This document shows positions 53,801-63,100 of a stretch of DNA of 64,000 nt, piece by piece. The DNA comes from a virus (taxonomy: Duplodnaviria; Heunggongvirae; Uroviricota; Caudoviricetes). Where the stretch lies: the IMG/VR virus record IMGVR_UViG_3300021387_000074. The stretch is one strand, 5' to 3'. Position 1 is the first letter of the stretch. Every line of letters begins with the position of its first letter. Both the position numbers and the translations under genes were made by a program. Under the pieces are notes generated by a model. It was not told the origin of the DNA, ran no database searches, and was given only the letters and a program-made list of their open reading frames with translations.

Positions 53801-56800
53801 TTCAGAACATAAGATTACTTGGCCAGAACTTAATTTAAAGAATGAAGTAATCTCAAGACCTATAAAAAGAGAAACAGACTTAGATTTTGATGAAGACGCT
53901 GAGAAATATAATATTACTTACGACAGCTTAGTTTCTGGTTCTCGTCTTATTGGTGATGATATAAAGAATAAATTCAAAATTGTTTCTGGTGTACCAACAT
54001 ATTATAACACTTTTGGACAGAGAATTATTGACGAAATTTCTTTGAGAACAATAGATAACTTTACTCCAAATGAGCACGTTGATTGGTATAAGGAAGACTT
54101 GGATGGCCACGTTAGAGGTTTGTTGTCTATCATAGAAAACGCAATGAAGGAATTAACAAATTCTCCATTTACAAGAGAGTTTGTATTCTACTCTAAAGCC
54201 TCTGACTTCTTCCAAGATTATTATAGAATTGTTATTCTAGGAAACTATTCTAAAGAATCTATTCCAAGAGAGATACTTGAAAGATTAACAAACAAATCTT
54301 ACAACTTAATAGAAGATGCTGATATAACACAGGTGTTGAAAGATAGAATAACAACTTACTATAACCAAGCCGTTAATCAGTGTGCTGATAGACTTGACTC
54401 TATCTCAAAAGATAGAGTTTATTACTCTTTCATTGAGAACTGGCGTGATACTATAAAAATTAAACTTCCAGATTGGAGAGAGAAAGGAACTTTAGTTCTT
54501 GACGATAATGGCGAAATTGATGGTGAAGCTATGTTCAAAGACCCATTAAGTTTGAAAAATAACTATGGTGCTAACAACTCAAAACAGATAGCTGGCAAGT
54601 TCTATTTCGATGAAAGAACAGCATTTATTGCAAAAATAAATGCAAAGATAACTGACTTAAAGAATAAGTATGGTGATAACATAAACTTTGATTTCACTAC
54701 AGAAGATAGAACTGCTCTTCTTGGTAAAGATGCTTACTCTTTGACAGTTAATGGTTCTCCAAAATTCTTTGAAGTTTCAAATTTTGCTTATAATTATAAA
54801 ACATATAAGGATGTTAAAACTCTAAGAATAGAAGATGAAATTACATTATCATATGATTCTATCTACAACTTCTATATACCTTACTCTTTAAATTATGGTC
54901 TTGGTGTATATTCAAAAGACTTCTATGGTGAACAAAGAGATATTTACTCAGAGTTTACAGAAATGTTTGACTTGCTTCATGGCTTCTCTAATGGAACTGT
55001 ATCTAAAGAAGAAGTAAATAATTTCTTAAAGAACTATTATTATAAAAAACTTACTTCTTTATTTAGAGAAGCGCCAATTGCCGATGAAGAACCATTAACA
55101 ATTGAAACTCAAGGTAAAAAGCCTACAAAGGTTTATCCAAAGCTTGTGGAAAAGCTTGACGGTAGAGGTGGCTTCTTTGGTTCACCTTGGACATTGCTTT
55201 CTACATTCACAAATAATGGTAAGTATTATGGAAATGCTAAACTTAATTTCTATAAGACAGAAATTAAAGTTAGCGATAATTACCAGAAAACAACTATTAA
55301 GTTCTTTGTAAAGAAAGAAGACTTTGTTAAATGTTTTGGCTATGACTTTAACAGATACTACAAAATGCTTGACTTAAGTAAAATTAATTCTTCTGAAGAA
55401 GTAGCTAAGCTTTCAAAGACAATTGAGGAAATGTACAAGAAACAGTTTGCTTGTATTAAACCAACATTCCAGTTTAGGAGAAATATTTACGATATTTCTC
55501 GCCCTTCAAACTGGCAGTCTTCAAGAAGAAACTTTGAGGTAGAGTTCGCAACTGCAGAAGTAGAAAATACTGACAGTAATTATAAGCCAATAACAAATGC
55601 CTCTGGTTATGTAATTGGTCTTGATGGTTTAAGACTTAACACGCCAGAAGAAATAAAGGCAAGACTTGAAGAAAGTAGTGATATAATTATAACAGTTGTT
55701 GATACTACAATTACTCCTGGCCTTAGACTGAACGCAGATAAAGATTTCTTCAAAGATATGAACGAAGATGAAGAAAGTAATATCTATGGTTATTTGACAG
55801 TTAAGAAGCTTACTCAGAAATTTATAGATAACTACATCTCAAAATGCTATTCTGCAGATTGGATTGAGAAAGACTCAGAAGGTGAGCCAACAGAATATAA
55901 TTCTTTTGGTGATGATAGAAATATAAATATTACTTCTATAAACAAAGCCGTAACAGAAGACAATTATGAAAACTATTACAACTCTGTTATTACCGAAGAC
56001 AAAATTCACGACGAGGAAGTTGCACAGTTTAATGATGTTGGTAGAGTATTAACAGATAACGGTTATGTTCAGTTTGACAAAACTAAGACTCTTGAAGACC
56101 AAGGTTTAACTCCAATTTATAAAAAGGTTCCAGAAAATAAAGTTTACTTGAGTCACCTTGATAATAAACTTGTGTCTGTTGCTACATTTATAGATGAACA
56201 TAATGATAGCAAAAGAATTATAAATGATGATGTTAAAGTTTATTACAACTCTAGTGGTAAACTCTGTGTAGAAATTCCTTCTTCAAGAATTCACACTGGT
56301 AATATTACAAAAATAAGATTGTTCTTTAAATCTCTTTATGTTAATATTGCTACTAGAAGTATTTTTTCATTTGCTTCGTTTGGTAAATTTAAATTTGCTT
56401 TTGCAAATAAAGCCATAGCTAGAGCTGTTGTTTCAACAATGCATCAAACTAATAGATTCTTTAAGCTTGCGAGAGTTATTGGACAAAAAGTAACTTCAAG
56501 ATTTAATATATCAAAAAATTTTATAAGCGGTTCTAAAATTGGTAAATTATTTACTAGAATTAGAGCTGTGTTTACAAATAAAACTTCTTATTTCCTTTTC
56601 AAGAGCTCTGGAAGCGAAGTATACTCAAGAAATAGCATTAGAAGTATTGTTTATCACAGTATCAGAATTGCTAAAAAAGTTATTACTTCTAGCACTAGTT
56701 TTGTTTTGAAAAAAATTATGTTGGCTATTTATGTAAAACTTAATAATATTGTTTCAAAAGCTTCAATAGCTACTCCTACTAAATATACTTCTATAAATAT

Positions 56801-57641
56801 ACTTGAAAAATTAAAGCTTGAAGTAATTAAAGGAATTAGTGCTACTATTAAATTTATTCTGTTCTTAAAAGAAGAAGATATTGAAAATAGAATTTTGGTT
56901 CCTATTTTTATTAATTACGATTATACAAAATATTATCGTCCAGGTGAAAAAAGAAAAGAACTTACTATTTATGAACAATATGTTACTAATGAGCATATTA
57001 CAACAACTGATTATAGAACTCTTGAATTTGATTATTTAACAAGTTCTCCAAAAGTAGCAATTACCGAAATGGTAGATACAGATGGGGACGAAAATACTCC
57101 AAAAGAAGAAATGCCAGGATATACTATTTTAATTCCTTGGTGGAAGTTTGAGCTTAATGAAAATGGCAATAACTATTTATATCCAGATCCTGAAGCAGCT
57201 GGTAGCTGGCAGAGAGTTTGGGAATCTCCAAGACAAGGTTTCTGGTTCATAGTTGAAAAAGAAGTTGAGACAATAAAAAAAGATGCAGCAAAATTAAAGG
57301 TTTATATCCCAAATAAAATAGCAAAACTTTTGCGAACAATTACTACTAGATTGAGTTCTAGAACTTACCTTAAAGTTGCTAAACCTAATATTAAAGTAGG
57401 AAGCACATCTGGAAAAGGAACGCTTGTAGAGAAGATAATAGGCAAAGGTGAAGCAGCTTTCACCGTATATGTTCCTACTTCTAGTAGCAATGTTGAAAAC
57501 TATTTGTATACTGCGTCCGAAGCTGAAACACTTGGATATGGAACATATGTTCCAGCTTCTATTTGTATGCTTAATAAACCAGCAATTGTTTCTACTGGAA
57601 CTGCTGGAAACATTAGTCAAAGTGGAAATATATTAAGATAG
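50847..57641 (+). CDS. Baseplate wedge protein (gp7/GpI-like), 2264 aa
   Basis: DTIPYDLINYLTQLLG...IYRIKGTNYSFELFFNFLG pattern; follows the gp6-like gene. Confidence 0.72.
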   Translation: MTFIEPSLEKVFQTLVDNNELINHLKSQDYLVTKSSLYDTYTREQVQDMEVAIYTNNVNTLYELAQVLLNFSDEIKNNQIWYLLSHKIAWQEISACIGIEPKYLNPETYKLIMYTYKYCVVSSFFQNNKDRFIPEADFLEMEKNSVGSAFYDAMAKEFDKLDEVINKCLEYRDYDTIPYDLINYLTQLLGFEKKDINADTETEQSFRELAKNILDIYRIKGTNYSFELFFNFLGFNIKISEYYFDRRLYYTTSNAGNEETETSNNAEFEYYLTTVNPADNKLPNIGISEIVSPSDITPQYSLLEFNKLCQEYGPAAVLGYSPIYPVYNSNGDLIEYKKYEGKVYKYFKTNVIYYTVGVDMSNPTEKQLTAVTKYLEFLTPSYVMRTIKVNTYSEKSEEPIGFDGDGNETPDAYGNYNAFQMLDSEDWSQHFKDEYTSSSTSGLLKVTDENNYDGKEETYKTYTNSVGTNKFRLPLGRKTISKSVSRYLHGGDGVNKPGARRLKFYILHTLDGVETDDWGAQNVIIAPYYTVPPFVGAENYTTIKNAWDKPTKKINLTGGDGEGGEECLKTQIRDADLRTAVNYVTDKTIDDFIQEAEFNELKYGKTFAKKLVKVRTIAYGTGKYKSAYDAYLWEFNQNNTHICNISCPFGTFNKEILHKDETASNKSTFDTELYEDSLISNYSKNDILKNLNFGDYVLGYSGDLNSGKLNLYRYGYTPYPIAGDSNQYAATYLNYLNSFEYEVKKDYNGTLSNVESVNLPTSYITKQTVLEAQQYVDQLREGMIEAANSKPQSDWLPLDYITSKLFYIAADGEYYRAVKVPAYNGISNNTYPSGKNHNFSTLNEALTYFNNNPDEKVNNAEFYVSSTTDKGLYTFKYKNRINGCLIYSTADEKLYYVTGSSRQDIKEIKNWFGNLSINSYVEDSDGEYYEDSNGLMNKYVNGVTASKRYSLSANGNIVKAEINKYDYYWKGYDEAADEEDFIFYNSEHKITWPELNLKNEVISRPIKRETDLDFDEDAEKYNITYDSLVSGSRLIGDDIKNKFKIVSGVPTYYNTFGQRIIDEISLRTIDNFTPNEHVDWYKEDLDGHVRGLLSIIENAMKELTNSPFTREFVFYSKASDFFQDYYRIVILGNYSKESIPREILERLTNKSYNLIEDADITQVLKDRITTYYNQAVNQCADRLDSISKDRVYYSFIENWRDTIKIKLPDWREKGTLVLDDNGEIDGEAMFKDPLSLKNNYGANNSKQIAGKFYFDERTAFIAKINAKITDLKNKYGDNINFDFTTEDRTALLGKDAYSLTVNGSPKFFEVSNFAYNYKTYKDVKTLRIEDEITLSYDSIYNFYIPYSLNYGLGVYSKDFYGEQRDIYSEFTEMFDLLHGFSNGTVSKEEVNNFLKNYYYKKLTSLFREAPIADEEPLTIETQGKKPTKVYPKLVEKLDGRGGFFGSPWTLLSTFTNNGKYYGNAKLNFYKTEIKVSDNYQKTTIKFFVKKEDFVKCFGYDFNRYYKMLDLSKINSSEEVAKLSKTIEEMYKKQFACIKPTFQFRRNIYDISRPSNWQSSRRNFEVEFATAEVENTDSNYKPITNASGYVIGLDGLRLNTPEEIKARLEESSDIIITVVDTTITPGLRLNADKDFFKDMNEDEESNIYGYLTVKKLTQKFIDNYISKCYSADWIEKDSEGEPTEYNSFGDDRNINITSINKAVTEDNYENYYNSVITEDKIHDEEVAQFNDVGRVLTDNGYVQFDKTKTLEDQGLTPIYKKVPENKVYLSHLDNKLVSVATFIDEHNDSKRIINDDVKVYYNSSGKLCVEIPSSRIHTGNITKIRLFFKSLYVNIATRSIFSFASFGKFKFAFANKAIARAVVSTMHQTNRFFKLARVIGQKVTSRFNISKNFISGSKIGKLFTRIRAVFTNKTSYFLFKSSGSEVYSRNSIRSIVYHSIRIAKKVITSSTSFVLKKIMLAIYVKLNNIVSKASIATPTKYTSINILEKLKLEVIKGISATIKFILFLKEEDIENRILVPIFINYDYTKYYRPGEKRKELTIYEQYVTNEHITTTDYRTLEFDYLTSSPKVAITEMVDTDGDENTPKEEMPGYTILIPWWKFELNENGNNYLYPDPEAAGSWQRVWESPRQGFWFIVEKEVETIKKDAAKLKVYIPNKIAKLLRTITTRLSSRTYLKVAKPNIKVGSTSGKGTLVEKIIGKGEAAFTVYVPTSSSNVENYLYTASEAETLGYGTYVPASICMLNKPAIVSTGTAGNISQSGNILR

Positions 57642-57672
57642 ACTACAAGTTAAAATTAAAAGGAGAAAATAG

Positions 57673-58266
57673 ATGGCTTACGTAGCACATGACGTTTATC
57701 AAAATGGAATAAATAGTGAGGTTTTTAACCCAGAAAAACCAATTTATATTGCTTTGGTAAGTAGTATTGACAGAGGAGCTAGTGATGAAAATATACTTAG
57801 AAGTATTTTAGCGGTTTCTGAGCTCAGATCGGGTTCTGGTACCGCCTCAGATAATACAACTAGCGAAGAAACAGGTACTCCTACTATTCAAAATAAAATT
57901 GGATCATTTAACTCAAAGGTTTTGAGTCTTTTGTCTGTTCCTTACAACAGAACAAAATCTATAGAGGGTGACTCAAACTTTACTTATTGTAATGCTCAAG
58001 ATTCAACTACACAGGGAATAAGCAGAGTTGCTAATGGATTTGCTATTATACAGTTTACTGGAAATGCTGCAGACCTTGTAGCTTACGAAGTAGATAACGG
58101 CGGTAGTAGCAATACTCAGATTAAATTTAAAGGGCCAGTAATCACACCTGCTACTGCTAGTAAAAACAAAGTTTTGATTGTTGGTAACTTGACTTCAAAT
58201 CCAACAATCAACAAAGATTCTAACTTTATGTTTGGTGGAGCACAGATAACATTTACTGAGGCATAA
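57673..58266 (+). CDS. Hypothetical tail/baseplate protein
   Basis: 197 aa; motif variant AAGTTAAA (57647) and SD AAGGAG upstream. Confidence 0.7.
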   Translation: MAYVAHDVYQNGINSEVFNPEKPIYIALVSSIDRGASDENILRSILAVSELRSGSGTASDNTTSEETGTPTIQNKIGSFNSKVLSLLSVPYNRTKSIEGDSNFTYCNAQDSTTQGISRVANGFAIIQFTGNAADLVAYEVDNGGSSNTQIKFKGPVITPATASKNKVLIVGNLTSNPTINKDSNFMFGGAQITFTEA

Positions 58267-58457
58267 TGAACAACAACGAGAACAAAAACTTCTTTGATGG
58301 TATTTTTGCCGTTAAAGAAGTTATCAGAAAGGTAGATGCAAAAGGAAATGAAACAGCAATTGTGCTTCAACTCGACAACAACCATGATTTGGCTGGTTCT
58401 TTAATTAATGGCCAAAAAATAGTTCTTAGTAGCTATGAAACAAGAATAAGAAGGTAA
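58266..58457 (+). CDS. Small hypothetical protein
   Basis: 63 aa, TAATG overlap with previous gene. Confidence 0.6.
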   Translation: MNNNENKNFFDGIFAVKEVIRKVDAKGNETAIVLQLDNNHDLAGSLINGQKIVLSSYETRIRR

Positions 58458-58459
58458 AA

Positions 58460-59740
58460 ATGTTAAAAGATATACTATCAAAATTTCAGAACAATAAAGT
58501 AAAAGACCCTCTTAATGTTAATATTATGGACGGTTTTGTAGACATTAAGGGCTATAAAGTTTCAGATGATGGAACAAAGAAACTTATTTATCACGATTGT
58601 GGTGATAACGTTGTAACTGACTGGATGAGACATACTATTATGGTTATGCTTACTGGCTCTGTTTTTTCAAAAAATGGAAACTGCTCTTTGTCAAACCCTA
58701 CACCAGTTTTCAGTAGACAGTCCGAAGCTGCTTTTAGTATGCTTGGCCAAAATGATTCATATCACACAGCCAAAGATTCAAGAATTGTTAATGGAGCAAC
58801 AGTTAATACAACTGGTAGAAACCTTGATGGTTATTTGCTTAATGGAAAACAATACTTTTTTAATTCAAGTGAAATAACAGAAAAATACAGTAGACCAGCT
58901 AGCAGTTTAGCAAACGAAAATCTTTATGCTTACTTCCCAACAAAAGTTCTTTTCGGAACTGGTAAAGAGTATTCTTCTTGGGATGTTTTGCAAACAGAAA
59001 ACGAAACTGCTAACGCCACTTGGTATACAGAAATGCTTAATAGTTATGGTGGAGATGTAACAACAGCAAAGAATAACTTCGATACAAATATCGACATAAC
59101 CTGTAATACATTCTCTGGTTCTATTTCTAAGAATATCTATTCTGGAAACGGAAATATTACAAAGATGAGAACTGTAAACGACCCAGATACTTCTTCAAAT
59201 ATTATTTCAACAACTTCAACAATGAATAAAAACTATGGTGTAGTTGGAGCAGTTAAAACTTTCTACTTTGATGAAGTGTCAGACGCAGATTATTTGCAAA
59301 CTACTTTATCTGATAGTGGTAAGTTGCTAAAGCCTATTAACCGTGGAGTTGGTAGACCTTGCTTTATTTATTTTAACACACCACAGGAAAACTTACATAC
59401 AAAAGAAGGTTGGGATGATCCATCTGCAGCAGAAGTTTCTTTGTCTAAAGATAACTCAAGTTCTTACTTGAATAAAATCACATTCTCTATAACTATGCCA
59501 GCACAGTCTGCAGCAGATAATGCAGTAGGTAGATACTATCCTTATAATGGTTATACACTTAAACAGATGGGATTGTATAATGACGCACTGCTTACAACTG
59601 GGGTAGATGCTTCTAACGACTTAAACAACTATGCTTATAACAATATGAAACATGGTATGCTTTTGGCAGTTAAGAATATTACTTCTTTCCAGAAAACAGC
59701 AGACGTAGAATTGAAACTTACTTGGACATTGACAATCTAA
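58460..59740 (+). CDS. Baseplate/tail-fibre attachment protein
   Basis: DNVVTD...FGTG...KQMGLY...KTADVELKLTWTLTI resembles tail-fibre N-terminal/collar domains. Confidence 0.6.
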   Translation: MLKDILSKFQNNKVKDPLNVNIMDGFVDIKGYKVSDDGTKKLIYHDCGDNVVTDWMRHTIMVMLTGSVFSKNGNCSLSNPTPVFSRQSEAAFSMLGQNDSYHTAKDSRIVNGATVNTTGRNLDGYLLNGKQYFFNSSEITEKYSRPASSLANENLYAYFPTKVLFGTGKEYSSWDVLQTENETANATWYTEMLNSYGGDVTTAKNNFDTNIDITCNTFSGSISKNIYSGNGNITKMRTVNDPDTSSNIISTTSTMNKNYGVVGAVKTFYFDEVSDADYLQTTLSDSGKLLKPINRGVGRPCFIYFNTPQENLHTKEGWDDPSAAEVSLSKDNSSSYLNKITFSITMPAQSAADNAVGRYYPYNGYTLKQMGLYNDALLTTGVDASNDLNNYAYNNMKHGMLLAVKNITSFQKTADVELKLTWTLTI

Positions 59741-59749
59741 GGAGAAAAG

Positions 59750-60058
59750 ATGACATTACCTGAATGGGGATATTGGTGGCTTAATTACAACAGAGGTGAG
59801 GCTGGTGGTTATGCTTGTTTTTATCCAGACGATATAGACAAAGACCACAACCTTCTAAAGTTGGTAAATGGTTTAAAAGAAAAACACAAGCACGATTTTG
59901 TTTTTAAAGATAATAAAATAATTTTTGTCGGTTGTGTAAATGGCAAAAAGCCATATTTAAAATTTGTCAGTTATGAAGATAACGGCAAAGAATTTTGGGA
60001 GCTCTTCCTAACGGAAGATGAAACCATCCCACCAGTTAATATGGAAAAATTTTACTAA
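59750..60058 (+). CDS. Hypothetical protein
   Basis: 102 aa, SD AAGGAG. Confidence 0.75.
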   Translation: MTLPEWGYWWLNYNRGEAGGYACFYPDDIDKDHNLLKLVNGLKEKHKHDFVFKDNKIIFVGCVNGKKPYLKFVSYEDNGKEFWELFLTEDETIPPVNMEKFY

Positions 60059-60061
60059 TAT

Positions 60062-60088
60062 AAAGGCTGCTTAAAGGCAGCCTTTTTT
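60062..60088 (+). terminator. Intrinsic terminator
   Basis: AAAGGCTGC-N6-GCAGCCTTTTTT. Confidence 0.88.
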
Positions 60089-60095
60089 ATTTATA

Positions 60096-60103
60096 AAGTT
60101 AAT
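60096..60103 (+). promoter_or_regulatory. Putative late promoter AAGTTAAT
   Basis: Exact motif after a terminator, before the 60131 ATG. Confidence 0.7.
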
Positions 60104-60130
60104 TAAAAGAAAGACTAGGAGTATCAATAA

Positions 60131-63100
60131 ATGAAATATAAAAGCTATGAAAACTCAGCTGAAGAATTTGCATCTGGTTTGAACACAGAACTTCTTTCAT
60201 CAAGAGACAACGTTTCTGCAAGAAGTGTTAATAGACCTTTAATTAATATATTAGAAAATCAGGAAAGTAATTATAATTTAATACAGACACTTTTAAAAAC
60301 TGTTTATGGAAACTCGAATGGTATTGTGCCAGACGTTTTGGAAAATTTTGCTCCAGAAGGTTTCGAAATTGGTTCTTTCAAAAACGACGCAAACAATTAT
60401 TTTATTAGAATTCCAACTGGAATGATGCTTCTTAGCAAATTAGTTTCAGAGGATTATACAGATAATAATAGTAATCCATTCTTAAAGAAAGGTGATTACA
60501 AATACAAGGATAACGTTCACAGTGGAGATTTCTTGGATGACAATCTACATTCTTTTGTCATAGAGAACAAACCAGAAATCAACCTTTACGAAAGAGAGCT
60601 CGCAAATCTTATCAATCTTGACCTTACAGATTTAACAAACGATTTAAGAATTTATCAGAAACTAGTTCCTATGACTGTAAGGGTAGAAATTATAGACGAC
60701 TCTGGAAACCCAAGATTGAGTGCTAATGGTTCTCCAACTTATGTTACAGATAATAACAGTAAAACTATTTACTTAGCAAAATCTGGACTTGGAGATCTTG
60801 ATGTTTACTACGGAAATACAAGGGCCACAATTAACAGCTATAACTATTCTACAACTTATGATAAAACAACAAATGGTGAAACAGATAATTTAAACGATGA
60901 AGTTATAAAACAAACAGTTACTTATAGAGAGAATCTTCAAGTAAAAGCTGGTAGTACTTATACAAGTGATATCTCAAAAGCTCTTATTCTTAAAGACGCA
61001 AGTGGTAACGAAAAGGTAAGAACTGGTTATTACATGAACGTTGTTAGAGCAACTTCTGGTGATGATGAAATAACTTGGTTGCCAAATAAACAGCAATTAG
61101 CACACTGGGATGTGTTCTTACCAGAATTACAACTTGGTAGTAGCACAGACGTTATTGCTAATTTTTATAATGAAAATAATGAATTAGTAGAAACTATAAC
61201 TTTCTTCTATACTGATTCTTTGACACAACAGGAATTAAATGATAAGTTTTTCGGAGAAGTTCTTTATTATTCAAAGAATTTTAATGTAGAGAAAATCCAG
61301 GCTAACGATGAAACTGGAAACCCAATCATTGGTACAAGAATTTCAGTAAAGAATGATAGTAGTTATTATGATAACTACAAAATGACTATTTCTTACTCTA
61401 CAGTCGAAGCATCTGGTACAGTAACAGACAATTATAGAGACGCTATAACAAATCAACCAATTAATAATCTTGCAATAACAAAAGCACAAGACCAGCAATA
61501 TTTTACAAATATCTTTGATTTGACAAATGCTTTCTTGGGTTGTTTCAGCTCTTACTTTGTAAATATTACAAATATCTACAACTATTTAAATCTTGAAACA
61601 ATTATAAAGATTGCAAATATTAGACAGAGCTATGCTTTGTATTATGATTTAGATGGAAAACTGGAAAACCAAACAAATGATAAATATGACAAAACTGGTA
61701 GATTTTATTTAACAACAGACAAAACATTAAGTGGTAACTTTGTTAAACTTTTTGAAATAGACGTAGAGCCAAATAACGTTCTTCCAAATAACCCAGTTGT
61801 TAAAAGTGTTAAGAGTTTCTTTGACCCACTTGATAGAAGACTGATTTCTACAAAACGTGCAGAACTTAATTCTTTGCTTTCTACAACAAGAACAGAATTA
61901 AATAATTATGTTCACATTAAAGATGCTGACGGTAATCGTGAAATAGAAATGACAGAGAAGTTTAGTGATGCTAACAACGAGCAGATAAGAATTACTTCTC
62001 CAATTACAAGAATTACAGATGTTAAAGACTCAACAACACATAGCTCTAAGGCTACAGATGGTTGGACAGATTCGGGCGAAGGTGACACACTTTCAGATTT
62101 CTTTGAGGAATCTTATGAAGTTATTAACACAACAAAGCCAGAGGATGATTCAGGATTCAGAAAATATATTCATAATACTACTTCTGGAAAGAAGGGAATT
62201 GTTATAAACAAGAATAAAGGTATCTCTATTTTCAACTATGATAATTCATTAATAAGTGGAAATAAATACTCTTATTCTAGATACAAGCCAATAGAAATTA
62301 GTTCTTCTATGGGAAATATAAACTTATTTAACACTAGCAACGAAAATGGAAGAATTAATATTGCCAACTTTACAGACTCTAACAGTAACATTGTAGATAT
62401 TAAAGGTAAGGCAAGAATAAGAAGCAAAAATAACGACCAGCTTGTTATTAAAAAAATTGGCGACATAAACAACTTAGAAAACTCAGCAAATATTATTTTC
62501 CAGGTTGGCAACTCTAAGACAAAGAATGACACAGACTCATTAAATTCTAGTAATAATGCTCAGAATGCTGTTATGGGTCAGCTTAAATTCATTAGCGGAA
62601 CTACTGGTAATAATAATACAAATATTGTTGACGAAAACAGAATTGCTAGTCTTGATATAACTGGTATTGGTGGTGGAACAAAAGCAGAACTTAAATCTAT
62701 TTTTGAAGCTAGAAATACAAAGAACTTTGCAGGCGAAGGAAAACTTGCAATTTCTTCTTACTCAAGCATTGTTCCAAATAACAATACTATAACTCTTGGT
62801 TTCCCAGTTAACAGTAGATCTTATAAATTTGAAAGCAACTATATTCCTTACGTTACTGGAGAAGATGTAGATGCAAACATTCTTGCTTCTATTAAAAAGA
62901 GTGGTAATAATTATACTGGAACTTCTACAGAGTATATTGGTAATGAAAACCGTTGGGCAGCAGCTTTCATAAACCGTGGTTATTTTGGAAGAATTATTCT
63001 TTCTGATACAGCAAGCGATATAAAAAACACCGACGCCAGAAATGGTGCTTTAAGACTTGGAAACTCTAATATCTTTGATGTTTCTTCTTTGTTTATTAAC

